This document shows, piece by piece, positions 38,085 to 48,218 of a DNA stretch of 64,000 nucleotides. The DNA comes from Deltaproteobacteria bacterium. Lineage in GTDB: Bacteria > Myxococcota_A > UBA9160 > SMWR01. Made by a program: the position numbers and the translations under genes. The number at the start of each line of letters is the position of its first letter. Position 1 is the first letter of the stretch. Below the pieces are notes generated by a model, which saw only the letters and a list, made by a program, of their open reading frames with translations, did no database searches and was not told the DNA's origin. Location of the stretch: contig JAQBHB010000023.1 in the NCBI GenBank assembly GCA_032128115.1, positions 1-64,000 on the forward strand, in the 5' to 3' direction.

Positions 38085-39176
38085 GTGCGAATACTCTTTG
38101 CCCTGCCAGGACTCCATCGCGTGCACCGCGGCGCGGAGGTCGCCTTCGAGTCGATCGCTCATGAGATCGGAGTCGCTGGCTCGGACGACGTCGTGCTGAT
38201 TGGATCGGGCCAACCGCGGGACGATCGCGCCTACCGATTCCAGCACGTGCCCTGCGTGCCGCGCGAACGCTTCGAACGGATGCCGAAGGTGCCTCTGCTT
38301 CGCACCGAGTACATGTACGAAGAGCTGACGTTCGCTGCCGGTCTCGCGCTGACGCGACGGAAGGGCGTCGACATCACGGTGACCTGCGGCTATCCGTACA
38401 CCAACTGGATTTTGCGATCCCATCTACCGGGGCGAAAGCGTCCGGCGCACGTCTTCATCACCCAGAATGGGGAATGGCCCGCGACCAGCAATGATCGCGA
38501 ATTCCGGTTCTTCAACTGCGATGGGCTGGTATGCACCAACCCCTCCTACTTCGAGCACAATCGGGATCGATGGTTTAGCACGCTCATCCCGAATGGCGTC
38601 GATCCGGATTGCTTCCGACCCGGCCCCGGTGATCGTCCGGCATTTGGGATCCCCGACGACCGGCCGGTGATTCTGATGGTGAGCGCCCTCGTCGAGTCCA
38701 AGCGGGTTCTCGAGTCCATCGCGGCCGTCTCCCAGATTCCTGATCCGTTTCTGGTCGTCGCTGGTGATGGTCCGTTGCGGCGGGAGGTCGACCGACTGGC
38801 AGCAGATCTGCTCCCCGGCCGATTCCTGCGAGGTACCTTTCCCTACCAGGAAATGCCCAACTTGTACCGCAGCGCCGACGTCTTTTTGCATTCCACTCCC
38901 CTCGAGTCCTTTGGAAACGTCTACGTCGAGGCGATGGCAACGGGTCTGCCGATCGTCGCGAACGACGAGGACCTCACACGCTGGATTCTCGGCGAGCACG
39001 GACATTTGGTCGATGTCGCGTCCACCGAGTCCGTCGTCTCCGGCTTGAAGGCCGCTCTGGCCCAGTCCGACCACGGTGCGATGGGCCGCGCCGCCTTCGC
39101 GGCCGAGAACTACGCCTGGAGGATCATCGCGGCCCGATATCGATCCTTCTTCGACGAGGTGCTGGCCAGGCCGTGA
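38085..39176 (+). CDS. GT4 glycosyltransferase
   Basis: RGAE, IPNGVD, ESFGNVYVEAMATGLP. Confidence 0.92.
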   Translation: MRILFALPGLHRVHRGAEVAFESIAHEIGVAGSDDVVLIGSGQPRDDRAYRFQHVPCVPRERFERMPKVPLLRTEYMYEELTFAAGLALTRRKGVDITVTCGYPYTNWILRSHLPGRKRPAHVFITQNGEWPATSNDREFRFFNCDGLVCTNPSYFEHNRDRWFSTLIPNGVDPDCFRPGPGDRPAFGIPDDRPVILMVSALVESKRVLESIAAVSQIPDPFLVVAGDGPLRREVDRLAADLLPGRFLRGTFPYQEMPNLYRSADVFLHSTPLESFGNVYVEAMATGLPIVANDEDLTRWILGEHGHLVDVASTESVVSGLKAALAQSDHGAMGRAAFAAENYAWRIIAARYRSFFDEVLARP

Positions 39177-40189
39177 GCAAACTGAGGAACGCTCATCTCT
39201 CTGAAGACGAGAACACAAGCGACCACACGACCGCGGTCCCGTGCCGAGGTCGAACGAAGGCGAAGCCGCCGACCGTCGGCGTGGCCGTCTGCACGTACAA
39301 CCGCAACGGCCCGCTGGAGAGTCTGCTTCACGCCCTATTGGGCAATGCTGAGCGAGTCGGCGAACGGGCACGCATCGGGGTGGTCGTCGTAGACGATTCC
39401 AGCGACGGGAGGGCCCGGAACGTCATCGAACGCTTCGATGGCCAGTTCGAGCTCGGCATCTCCTATCTGCACTCGGGTCGCCAGAACATCTCGATCGCGC
39501 GCAACTTGGCAATCGATGCGGCCTCCGGGATCGCCGACTGGGTGGCGATGACGGACGATGACTGCGAGCCCGAACCGTGCTGGATCGAAGCCCTCCTCGA
39601 GATGCAGCAACGAACCGATGCGGACGCCGTATGCGGCCTGTACCGAAGACGCGTTCCGGGGGGCGCGCCGGCGTGGCTGACCGATGAACCCTTCCTCGAG
39701 ATTGCGGTTGCGGAGGACGACCGCGAGGATGGGGCCGCCACCGATGTGGCGGGAACGAACAACTCGATGATCTCGAGCACCTGGTGGGCAAGCCACCCGG
39801 ACGTTCGCTTCCGACCCGAATTCGGCGTCACGGGCGGCGAGGATACTGTCTTCTACCGCTCGGCTTACGCGGCGGGCCTGCAGATCGTCTTTGCGAAGCA
39901 TGCGGCCGTCTTCGAGAACGAGCCCCCGTCGCGCACGACGCTCGGCTACCAGCTCAGGCTCTTTTTCTGGCTCGGCAACTGCTCCTATTTCACGAGGCTC
40001 GAGACGGGTCTGGCCACTCCGCTCCGGATGCTCCTTCAGGGAGTGAACCAGATCCGGAAGGCCATCCTCCGCCCGATCGGTCGAGTGTGGGGTTGGCAGA
40101 CCCCGCAGCTTCGCTACTGCCTGGCACTCATCCTGTATGGTGTCGGTCTCATGATCGGCTTCTTGGGAGTTCGCGTGTCCCATCACTGA
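39173..40189 (+). CDS. GT2 glycosyltransferase (ExoM-like)
   Basis: VCTYNR, VVVDD, ARN, TDDDCEP, GGEDT. Confidence 0.9.
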   Translation: MSKLRNAHLSEDENTSDHTTAVPCRGRTKAKPPTVGVAVCTYNRNGPLESLLHALLGNAERVGERARIGVVVVDDSSDGRARNVIERFDGQFELGISYLHSGRQNISIARNLAIDAASGIADWVAMTDDDCEPEPCWIEALLEMQQRTDADAVCGLYRRRVPGGAPAWLTDEPFLEIAVAEDDREDGAATDVAGTNNSMISSTWWASHPDVRFRPEFGVTGGEDTVFYRSAYAAGLQIVFAKHAAVFENEPPSRTTLGYQLRLFFWLGNCSYFTRLETGLATPLRMLLQGVNQIRKAILRPIGRVWGWQTPQLRYCLALILYGVGLMIGFLGVRVSHH

Positions 40190-40240
40190 GCGCGCCAGCG
40201 CGTAGGCAAGCGCGCACGAGATTCAGAGGTTGACGAAGCT
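39959..40240 (+). repeat. Copy 1 of a ~282-bp diverged direct repeat
   Basis: Aligns with 41264-41544; about 41 differences by manual count (~85% identity). Confidence 0.92.
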
Positions 40241-40242
40241 CG

Positions 40243-40332
40243 AGGGAAGCCGTTGCGGGCCGGAAGATCGCCGACGTATGCCGTGAGCATGGGATCAGCG
40301 AGCGGACGTTCAACCGCCGAATGTCGAAGCAC
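40243..40332 (+). mobile_element. IS3-family (IS407-like) orfA fragment
   Basis: Own translation REAVAGRKIADVCREHGISERTFNRRMSKH resembles the OrfA HTH. Confidence 0.7.
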
Positions 40333-40438
40333 AACGTCGTCGATCGTCGGGCCCAAACGCTTGCGTCGCCCAACGATCAACGCAACCTTCTTCGGTCGCG
40401 GTGTTTCTTGGTGCTACGCCAGCTGGGAGACCTGTTCG

Positions 40439-41224
40439 ATGAAGGAAGTTTTCGAGGCGGAGTCCACAGTCGAGCAGTGGGATGCTGACTATTACCATCC
40501 CATCGCGTTGAGCCTATACGACAAGGCAATTGCCGACATGCTTGAACTGATGGAAGTCGATTCAAAAACTACTGTACTCGACGCGGGGTGCGGACCCGGA
40601 GTTCATACGATTCGAGTCGCCAGGAATGGATTTCGCGTCTGCGCAATCGACATCTCGGAAACGATGCTCGCTCATGCTCGACGCCGTGTGGAGGCGGCAG
40701 GCGTTGCGGACAAGGTGACGTTCCGCCAACAAGACCTGACTGCACTTGATTTTCCAGACAATTCGTTTCGTTTCGTCTTTTCGTGGGGAGTTCTCATTCA
40801 CATACCTGACGCAGAAATGGCACTCGATGAACTATCACGCATCGTAGAGCCAGGCGGATCACTTGCACTGTATCTGAACAACAAGTTTTCCCTCGACAAT
40901 CGAATCGAGTCTCTGGCGCGGTTCCTGCTTCGAAAGCCACTCACCGACCTGCGCCAAGTACCGTTGGGCGATGGATGCTGGTACAGAATGGACGGGCAGA
41001 AGTTGTGGGTCTGTCGCATTGATCCGAGAGCGTTGGTCGAGCAACTCACCAAGAGAGGATTCCGGTTGAAACATCATCGGATTGGCGAATTCTCCGACCT
41101 GCAGCGGCGCTTGACGGGCCTATCGCGGCGATTCTTGCTGCATTTGAACAATGCTGCCTACCGGTTGGATCTCTCGCCGCGCTTCGCGTCGGGAGGACTC
41201 TTCGTGTTCGAGAAGTGCGGGTGA
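40439..41224 (+). CDS. Class I SAM-dependent methyltransferase
   Basis: GGAGA RBS; VLDAGCGPG, IDISE, GVLIHIPD; visibly more A/T-ending codons than the host genes. Confidence 0.9.
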   Translation: MKEVFEAESTVEQWDADYYHPIALSLYDKAIADMLELMEVDSKTTVLDAGCGPGVHTIRVARNGFRVCAIDISETMLAHARRRVEAAGVADKVTFRQQDLTALDFPDNSFRFVFSWGVLIHIPDAEMALDELSRIVEPGGSLALYLNNKFSLDNRIESLARFLLRKPLTDLRQVPLGDGCWYRMDGQKLWVCRIDPRALVEQLTKRGFRLKHHRIGEFSDLQRRLTGLSRRFLLHLNNAAYRLDLSPRFASGGLFVFEKCG

Positions 41225-41263
41225 CCTATGAAGGAAACACGCTGCCCAACCGCCCGGGATCCT

Positions 41264-41544
41264 CTCTTCTTCTAGCTCGGCACCTGCTCCTGTTTCACGA
41301 GGCTCAAGACGGGTGTGGCCACTCGGCTCCGGACGTTCCCTCAGGGATTGAACCAGATACGGAAGGTCCCCTCGGCCCGATCGGTCGAGTGTGGGATCGG
41401 TACATCCCGCAGCGTCGCTACCGCTTGGCACGCATCCTGCGTGGTGTCGGTCTCATGATAGGCTCCTTGGCAGTTCGGGTATTCCATCACTGAGCGCGCC
41501 GGCGTGTAGGCAGGCGCGCCCGAGGTGCAGAGCTTGACAAAGCT
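41264..41544 (+). pseudogene. Copy 2 of the direct repeat: dead 3' end of the GT2 gene plus the live FkbM start
   Basis: TGG->TAG change and a 1-bp deletion relative to copy 1; ends ...VRVFHH* like ...VRVSHH*. Confidence 0.88.
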
Positions 41545-42544
41545 ATTTCGAGTAGGTCCGAGGTCAGCAAGCCCATCGAATCTGGCAGCGTACGCCGCAA
41601 CGCGGGTCGGCACAGCGGTCCATCGCATTCTCGGCAAATACGGCTTCAATTCTCTGCGTCGGCTCACGGGCGACACTCTCGCGTCACAGACGTTGCGGGC
41701 CACATCGCGCGGAGACATCCTGCTGTTTCCGGCGCTCGACAGCTACAGCTGCGAAATGTTCCTTCATGATATCTATGAGCCGGAGATCTACTCTCTTCTC
41801 GCGCTCCTTCGAGAGGAGTCGTATTCGTTCGTCGACTGTGGAGCAAATCTCGGCTACTGGGCCGTTCTGGTCAGCGGTACGGCCCTCGGCGGGCATCCAT
41901 GTGTGGCAATCGAAGCATCTTCCTGGACCTTCCAGTTTCTCGAGCGCAACCGCATCGCCAACAACAATCGATTCATCGCTCTCCATGCTGCGGCCCACCA
42001 GTTCTCGGGTGATCTCCTCACATTCGACGATTCGCCAGCGCACGCGGCACGGCACTTGGTCAGCGATGGATCGGCGGGCTCAGCGATTGTCTCGGTTTCG
42101 ATCGACGACGCTGTGTCTCGATTCCTTCCCGAAACTCCCGCGGTCATCGTCAAGCTCGACATTGAGGGCGCCGAACCGAGCGCTCTGGCCGGAGCTTCGC
42201 GAACTCGGCGCAGCCGAGAGTGCCTCTTCATCGTCGAGGACCATGGCTCTGACAAGGAGCACCGATCGGCTGCCGCCTGCTTCGTGGAGGGCCTCAAGCT
42301 GTGGCGCCTGGGTGCCCCCTCTATAGCGACACCAATGCCCGATCTGGATGCAGTCGCCCGGGTCAAGACGCGCTCACAGATTGGATACAACTTCCTTGCG
42401 TGCGAGGAGGACAGCCAGCTTGCCCTGCGTCTCGGGCTCACGGCAGAAGCATCGCGAGCGAATGAGACGGTGCGCTTGCGGCTCGCAAAGCCGCTGGCCA
42501 CCCAAGCGCGTGACCCAGTCGGCAGTCGGAGTTCGCTGCCGTGA
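41525..42544 (+). CDS. FkbM family methyltransferase
   Basis: YEPE, FVDCGANLGYW, IEAS, VKLDIEGAE. Confidence 0.88.
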   Translation: MQSLTKLFRVGPRSASPSNLAAYAATRVGTAVHRILGKYGFNSLRRLTGDTLASQTLRATSRGDILLFPALDSYSCEMFLHDIYEPEIYSLLALLREESYSFVDCGANLGYWAVLVSGTALGGHPCVAIEASSWTFQFLERNRIANNNRFIALHAAAHQFSGDLLTFDDSPAHAARHLVSDGSAGSAIVSVSIDDAVSRFLPETPAVIVKLDIEGAEPSALAGASRTRRSRECLFIVEDHGSDKEHRSAAACFVEGLKLWRLGAPSIATPMPDLDAVARVKTRSQIGYNFLACEEDSQLALRLGLTAEASRANETVRLRLAKPLATQARDPVGSRSSLP

Positions 42545-43481
42545 CCCGCGTTTGTCGGCTGCCTTTCGCCTGCCGCACGAACTCCCTCATCAGATTGCGC
42601 TTGTGATGGACCAGTCCCGCGAAGCGCGGTAGACGGTCCCCGGTGATGATGCCGTAGCGCCGGATGACCCCAACCCAGAATCCGAAGTTACATGCCGGAT
42701 GGATCTCAGGGGGGGGCCAGCTCGGGCTCCCCGATGGTCGAGACCCGACGCGTGGCTGAGGGTCGCCGGGCCTGGATCGGTGGCCGCGTTCCGGCGAGGT
42801 CTCGGATCGTCTGGGCACTGGCACTGGGTTCGGCTCGGAGCCGATCGCCTCGAGCACGGCCCGGATCGGGGCCGCGATCTCGGCCGCGAACTCGGCCAGA
42901 TCCCGGGCCGCGGCCGGGCCGCCGTCGCTCGGGCCAGAGAGCCGGACGAAGGCGTACTGCGGCCGGCCCTTTGCGGCGTCCAGGACCCGCAGGAGCTCCT
43001 CCGCCGCTCCCGGCGCCGGCCAGCGGTTGGCGGGCTGGAACCAGTAGAGCACGGCCTCCTTGTGAACGCCCAGATGAGCCTCCAGGCGCCGAGTGCGCAG
43101 CTTCTCGGCAGCGGTGAGGGGGACCTCCAACGATTCGCTGCGCAGGACCTCCCAGCCCTGGGCCGGGTAGCAGACCTCCGGATCGTGGGCCCCCTTGCCG
43201 TAGCCCGCCCGCCCCCCGTAGACGCCCACATAGACCCAGATCGGGGTTCGCCCGGGGGCCTCGTAGAGTTGCAGCACGTGCGCATCCGGTTCGATGATGG
43301 CAAGCACCTCTGCATCGAGCCGGTCCTCGGAGGTTGCGCGCCAGGAACCCAGATGGTGGGGGAGGGACGGAGTCGGGACGGTCGCTTTCGCCATGCCCGC
43401 AACGAGCAGCCAGCGCCCGAGCACCAGCGCCGGAATCAGGAGGGCCATGGCTACCGCGGCCAGGCGCAGCCTCCGGGTCAT
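42438..43481 (-). CDS. epsI: EpsI family exosortase-associated protein with an aberrant C-terminal extension
   Basis: ATGA overlap with exosortase; N-terminal TM; LP..LG.W, HDPEVCYPAQGW, VLYWF, AFVRLS. The domain appears to end near 42840. Confidence 0.85.
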   Translation of the reverse strand: MTRRLRLAAVAMALLIPALVLGRWLLVAGMAKATVPTPSLPHHLGSWRATSEDRLDAEVLAIIEPDAHVLQLYEAPGRTPIWVYVGVYGGRAGYGKGAHDPEVCYPAQGWEVLRSESLEVPLTAAEKLRTRRLEAHLGVHKEAVLYWFQPANRWPAPGAAEELLRVLDAAKGRPQYAFVRLSGPSDGGPAAARDLAEFAAEIAAPIRAVLEAIGSEPNPVPVPRRSETSPERGHRSRPGDPQPRVGSRPSGSPSWPPPEIHPACNFGFWVGVIRRYGIITGDRLPRFAGLVHHKRNLMREFVRQAKGSRQTRVTAANSDCRLGHALGWPAALRAASAPSHSLAMLLP

Positions 43482-44341
43482 CGCAGGATCCGCGCCACGC
43501 CGATCATCGCCAGGGTTCCGAGGGCGTACGTCGCCACTCCGAAGCTCTCGTGGAGCAGCCCCTGCGCGAACTCCACTCCCTGGCTCGAGACGAGCTGGAC
43601 CGTCACGATCACGCGGAAGATGTTCGCGGCGAGGGCGAGGGGGGCGACGCTCGCGACCACCACCACGCGGCGCCACACGCCGTGGCTCAGGAAGTACGCG
43701 ACGATGCAGGCGAGCGGCAGCAGCGTCACGATCGAAGTGAGGCCGCTGCACGCGTCCGCCACGTACAGCGTGTGGCCCGGTAGCAGGATCTGGTTCCCTT
43801 CGGCTGCGACCGTGACGCCCATGGCCTGCAGCAGCGCCACCGCCGAATCGGTCACGAACAGCTTGAGCCGAAAGAGCGTCTGGTAGATCAGGAAGCGCGG
43901 CGGAGGAACCATCAGCACGAGGAAGAGCAGTGGGAGGGCGAGCGGCCGAAGCAGCCGCATGCCGCCGATCGCGTAGGCGGTGGCGCCGAGGATGAGCGGG
44001 ATCCCTACGCCAGCTGCGAAGCCGACGTCCCCCATGAGCGCGAGCACCCCGTAGGCCGCGGCGCCGAAGGCCACGAGCGGTCCCGGGGCGGGTGGAACGG
44101 GGTTGCGAATCGCCGCTCGGATCCGCCGCCGGTTCTCGTACGCCAGGTAGGCGGCGACCACGGGGATGGCGTAGCCGTGACCGTAGAACTGGCTGTCTTT
44201 CCAGAGAAACGAAAGCCCCCGGACGGCCGGCAGGCACAGGAGGACGGCGATCGCGAACACCGCCCCGACGATCCAACGGTCCACGAAGGGGAGCTCGGCG
44301 GTTCGTCCGAGGCCCTCGCTGCCTGCTCTCGCGCCCGACAT
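43478..44341 (-). CDS. xrt: Exosortase (EpsH family)
   Basis: YGHGYAIP, VADACSGL (Cys), ANIFRV (Arg), LLHESFG (His); about 8 TM helices. Confidence 0.95.
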   Translation of the reverse strand: MSGARAGSEGLGRTAELPFVDRWIVGAVFAIAVLLCLPAVRGLSFLWKDSQFYGHGYAIPVVAAYLAYENRRRIRAAIRNPVPPAPGPLVAFGAAAYGVLALMGDVGFAAGVGIPLILGATAYAIGGMRLLRPLALPLLFLVLMVPPPRFLIYQTLFRLKLFVTDSAVALLQAMGVTVAAEGNQILLPGHTLYVADACSGLTSIVTLLPLACIVAYFLSHGVWRRVVVVASVAPLALAANIFRVIVTVQLVSSQGVEFAQGLLHESFGVATYALGTLAMIGVARILR

Positions 44342-44829
44342 TTCGCCCCGATGATATCGGAAAGCCGTTGCGGACAGGCGGCCCTGGGAAGGGTGTAAAC
44401 GACTCGACCCGGGCGCCCCGCGCCGCACCCGTCCCCTGGGAATTACAGGACGGCGGGGAAGGGGGATTCCCCTTTTCCGGTCGGAGGGTTCTCTGAGCCG
44501 CAACCAAGGCTGCGTGCAACCGGCTGAGTCCAGACGACGGTTGGTTCGGGAACGAGTCGTGCTGACAGCCGCTTTGATGGGACCGCCTGTCAGTTTCACA
44601 TGAGTTGCCGGTGACCCCCGCTGGTGTCATCCTCCGGAAACGGCAGATCAGAGCCTTAACCGCAGTGATCTGCCCCATTTTTTTAGCGGAGCCCGGCCAG
44701 GTATTTCTGTCGACCGGCGACCGACCGAGGGGAGGAGGCCCTAGCTCGGGCTTCTCGGATCGCTGCCCCGTGAACGCGTCTTCGGTAGTCAATGGGCCCA
44801 ACTATGTGGTAAATTACCCCCGTACTATT

Positions 44830-44869
44830 TCAGCCCCATACGGCTAACCTCAGCCCCATAGGGTAAACC
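44830..44869. repeat. 20-bp direct repeat in the divergent promoter region
   Basis: tcagccccatacggctaacc / tcagccccatagggtaaacc. Confidence 0.8.
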
Positions 44870-44893
44870 GCTGTTGCCAACCAGGAGCCCTAC

Positions 44894-46732
44894 TTGTCAT
44901 CTGCAGCCGCGCTTCGGCGATGTGTGATCATCGGTGCCGGACCGGCCGGCCTCACCGCCGCGCTCGAGCTCTCTCGACGGAATTTCCCCGCAATCGTGCT
45001 CGAAGCGGACAACCAGGTCGGCGGCATCGCGCGAACGGTCGAGTACAAGGGGTGCCGATTCGATATCGGTGGGCACCGATTCTACAGCAAGGTTCAGGCG
45101 GTCGAGGATTGGTGGAAGCGGATCCTGGGTGACGACCTGCTCACCCGCCCGCGGCTGTCACGCATCTACTACGCCGGCAGGTTTTTCGACTACCCGCTCA
45201 AGCCCATGAATGCACTGCTGGGGCTGGGGCCGATCGAGGCCGTGCGGATTGGGCTGAGCTACATCGCCAGCCGGCTCTTCCCTCACCCCGAGGAGAAGAA
45301 CCTGGAGCAGTGGGTGACGAACCGTTTCGGCCGCCGTCTCTATGAAATCTTCTTCAAGACGTACACCGAGAAAGTCTGGGGAATGGCGTGCGCGGAGATC
45401 GGCGCGGACTGGGCGAGCCAGCGGATCAAGGATCTCGACCTGCTCACGGCCCTGCGCGCCGCGTTCCTCGGCAACAGGCGGGGGGGCAAGGTCGTTACCT
45501 CGCTGATCGAAGAGTTCCGCTACCCGCGATTCGGGCCGGGGATGATGTGGGAACGAGTCTGCGAGATGCTCGGAGCGAAGGGCTATGGCGTCGAGCTCGG
45601 AAGGCGGGTTACCCGCATCAGCCACCGCGATGGTCGAATCACCTCGGTCACCGTCAGCGACTCGGCTGACCAGATGAGCGAGGTGGGGGGGACCGAGTTC
45701 ATCTCGACCATGCCCATCTGCGAACTCTTCGAAGCCCTCGACCCGCCGCCCCCTGCAGCGGTCCTGCAGGCGGCGTGCGAACTTCGGCACCGCGACTTCA
45801 TGACCGTCGGACTGATCCTGAGCTGCCCCGATCCCTTTCCGGACAACTGGATCTATATCCACTCCCCGGACGTAGGCGTGGGGCGCGTCCAGAATTTCAA
45901 GGCCTGGAGCCCGGAGATGGTCGCCGATTCCTCGCAGAGCTGCCTCGGCTTCGAGTACTTCTTGCATCAGGGCGACGCGCTCTGGAGCACATCCGATGCC
46001 GACTTGATTGCGATGGCGACGCGCGAGTGCGCGCAGCTGGGTCTGGCCCGCGAGGAGGATGTGGTCGATGGCGTCGTGATCCGGATGCCGAAGGCCTATC
46101 CGGTCTACGACCTGGGATACGAGGAGCGACTCACGGTCATTCGCGAGTATCTGGAGCAGATTCCGAATCTCCACCTGGTCGGACGCAACGGCCAGCATCG
46201 GTACAACAATCAGGACCACTCGATGGTTACGGCCATGTACGCGGCCCGAAACATCGACGGCGAGGACCTCGATGTGTGGAGCGTCAACGTCGAGGAGGAT
46301 TATCTCGAGGAAGCCCAGAACGAAGATCGCTCGGGCGCATCGGGAGACCGTCTGGTGCCGCAACGGAACGAGACCGGTCGCGCGATCGAGGCGCTGCGCA
46401 GCGCGTTCGCACTTTACGACCCACTGGCTCTGGGCGTAGCGGTCGCGATTCCGGCGGCGTTCGGCCTCTTCGTGGTCACGGCTCTCCTGCTGCTACAGGG
46501 CGGAGACCCGGTCGGACCGAAACTCTCTCTTCTCGACAACTACCTTTTTTACTACCGGGTTTCATGGGGGGGCGCCTTCGTTGGCCTTGCCGAGGTGGGC
46601 GCGGGGGGCTTTGCCTTCGGCTGGGTGCTCGCGAAAGCAATCAACGCTGTCGTCGGCCGGCACCGGAAGACCCTGGTTGAGCGTCTGGAGCGCATGTCGG
46701 CGCTGGCTTCCCCAGAGACGGATCTACCGTGA
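44894..46732 (+). CDS. FAD-dependent oxidoreductase (UDP-galactopyranose mutase/protoporphyrinogen oxidase-like) with a C-terminal membrane domain
   Basis: [47 protein letters not shown]; extra ~110-aa hydrophobic tail. Confidence 0.88.
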   Translation: MSSAAALRRCVIIGAGPAGLTAALELSRRNFPAIVLEADNQVGGIARTVEYKGCRFDIGGHRFYSKVQAVEDWWKRILGDDLLTRPRLSRIYYAGRFFDYPLKPMNALLGLGPIEAVRIGLSYIASRLFPHPEEKNLEQWVTNRFGRRLYEIFFKTYTEKVWGMACAEIGADWASQRIKDLDLLTALRAAFLGNRRGGKVVTSLIEEFRYPRFGPGMMWERVCEMLGAKGYGVELGRRVTRISHRDGRITSVTVSDSADQMSEVGGTEFISTMPICELFEALDPPPPAAVLQAACELRHRDFMTVGLILSCPDPFPDNWIYIHSPDVGVGRVQNFKAWSPEMVADSSQSCLGFEYFLHQGDALWSTSDADLIAMATRECAQLGLAREEDVVDGVVIRMPKAYPVYDLGYEERLTVIREYLEQIPNLHLVGRNGQHRYNNQDHSMVTAMYAARNIDGEDLDVWSVNVEEDYLEEAQNEDRSGASGDRLVPQRNETGRAIEALRSAFALYDPLALGVAVAIPAAFGLFVVTALLLLQGGDPVGPKLSLLDNYLFYYRVSWGGAFVGLAEVGAGGFAFGWVLAKAINAVVGRHRKTLVERLERMSALASPETDLP

Positions 46733-47073
46733 GCGAGACAGCGGGGACTGCGAAACGTGATCACGAGTCAGAGTGGGCGCTGGTCGAGGCTTCGATCGCA
46801 CGGCTGCGAGCATCGGTGATGGCCGTCGTCATCGGCCTGGCATCCGGAATGGGTCTCTTCATCGCGACGCTGTGGCTCGTGATCCGCGGCGGCGACGTAG
46901 TGGGTCCGACTCTCGGTCTGCTGAACAACTACTTCCCCGGATACTCAGTGACCTGGGGGGGCGCCTTCGTGGGATTCGTCTACGCAGCAGCCTTGGGGGC
47001 GCTCGTCGGTTGGACCCTGGCGTTCATCTACAACCGGATCGTGGACCGCCGGCACCTCACCAGCGGAGCGTAG
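46729..47073 (+). CDS. Small membrane protein paralogous to the flavoprotein tail
   Basis: GTGA overlap; [29 protein letters not shown]...GWTLAFIYN. Confidence 0.85.
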   Translation: MSETAGTAKRDHESEWALVEASIARLRASVMAVVIGLASGMGLFIATLWLVIRGGDVVGPTLGLLNNYFPGYSVTWGGAFVGFVYAAALGALVGWTLAFIYNRIVDRRHLTSGA

Positions 47074-47174
47074 ATTCATCGGCGCCGCGTTCATGGGAGG
47101 ACCCCGGGGAAGCTTCCATGCCTCGCGCAACGCAACAGGCCGGCGTTCTTCGCGTGGTACATTCTTCAACGCTT

Positions 47175-48218
47175 ATGAACCCTGGTCCCAACGTCGTCAT
47201 TGTCATGCCTGCCTACAACGCCGCGGAGCATTTGAAGCGCACGCTCCCGGCCGCGTGCGCAGCCGCGGGCAACGGGCGAGTATGGGTCGTGGATCCAGGG
47301 TCCACGGACGACACCTCGGACGTCGCGCATTCTCACGGGGCCCGGGTCGTGCGACTCCCAATGCGCGCCGGGCCTGCCCAGGCCCGCAACCTGGGCGTGC
47401 AGAACGTCGAGGAAGAGGTCGTCCTCTTCATCGATTCGGATTGTGTCGCCCACTCCGACGTGGTCGAGCGGGTGCGCGCGGCCTTCGCTGCCGATGCCGA
47501 TCTCGTCAGCCTGACCGGCTCCTACGACGCCGACCCCCCGGAGCGGAACTTCTTCTCCCAGTACATGAATTTGCGTCACCACTACACGCACCAGAGAGCG
47601 CGTCAGGAGACCTCGTCGTTCTGGGCGGGTTGTGGAGCGGTGCGGCGAAGCGCGTTCCTCGAGGTGGGGGGCTTTGACGAGGCCCGCTACCCCGTTCCGA
47701 TGATCGAGGACATCGAGCTGGGCTTGAGGCTGGCGCGAGTCGGGCGGATGCGGCTCGATCCTGAGCTGCAGGTCACCCACCTCAAGCGCTGGTCGCTGGG
47801 CTCGGTGATCCGGACCGACATCCGCTCGCGTGCGCTCCCGTGGGCCCGCCTCATCCTGGAGACGGGCCGGCTACCGGCAGACCTGAACCTTCGCTGGAGC
47901 CAGCGGGTTGCGGCCGCGGTGGCGCCATTCGCCCTGCTGGCTGTTCTCTTGTTCCCATGGGCCGTGCTGACGGGACGCCCTGCCACGGCTGCGTTCTGCC
48001 TCGGGGCCGTCGTTCTCTCGTTGCTCTTGCACCGTGACCTGCTGCGCTACTTCACCCGGATTCGCGGGATGGGGTTCACCGTGCGGTTCTGGTTCTTCCA
48101 GCAGGTGCATCTGATCTACGGCGCGGCGACCGCGGTGCTGTGCGCAATCGCGTACGGACTGCGGCGCCGTTCGTCGTCCAGTCCCATTGCGGGGCGCTCG
48201 GGCAGACTGGGTCAATGA
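47175..48218 (+). CDS. GT2 glycosyltransferase with C-terminal TM helices
   Basis: VMPAYNA, VDPGSTD, FIDSDC, GGFDE, IEDIELG. Confidence 0.9.
   Translation: MNPGPNVVIVMPAYNAAEHLKRTLPAACAAAGNGRVWVVDPGSTDDTSDVAHSHGARVVRLPMRAGPAQARNLGVQNVEEEVVLFIDSDCVAHSDVVERVRAAFAADADLVSLTGSYDADPPERNFFSQYMNLRHHYTHQRARQETSSFWAGCGAVRRSAFLEVGGFDEARYPVPMIEDIELGLRLARVGRMRLDPELQVTHLKRWSLGSVIRTDIRSRALPWARLILETGRLPADLNLRWSQRVAAAVAPFALLAVLLFPWAVLTGRPATAAFCLGAVVLSLLLHRDLLRYFTRIRGMGFTVRFWFFQQVHLIYGAATAVLCAIAYGLRRRSSSSPIAGRSGRLGQ

Noticed and set aside
46729..47073. Holin/prophage interpretation of the small membrane protein
   Set aside because: Superficially like small proteins auto-annotated as holins, but there are no phage genes or endolysin nearby, and the same domain is fused to a sugar-pathway flavoprotein.
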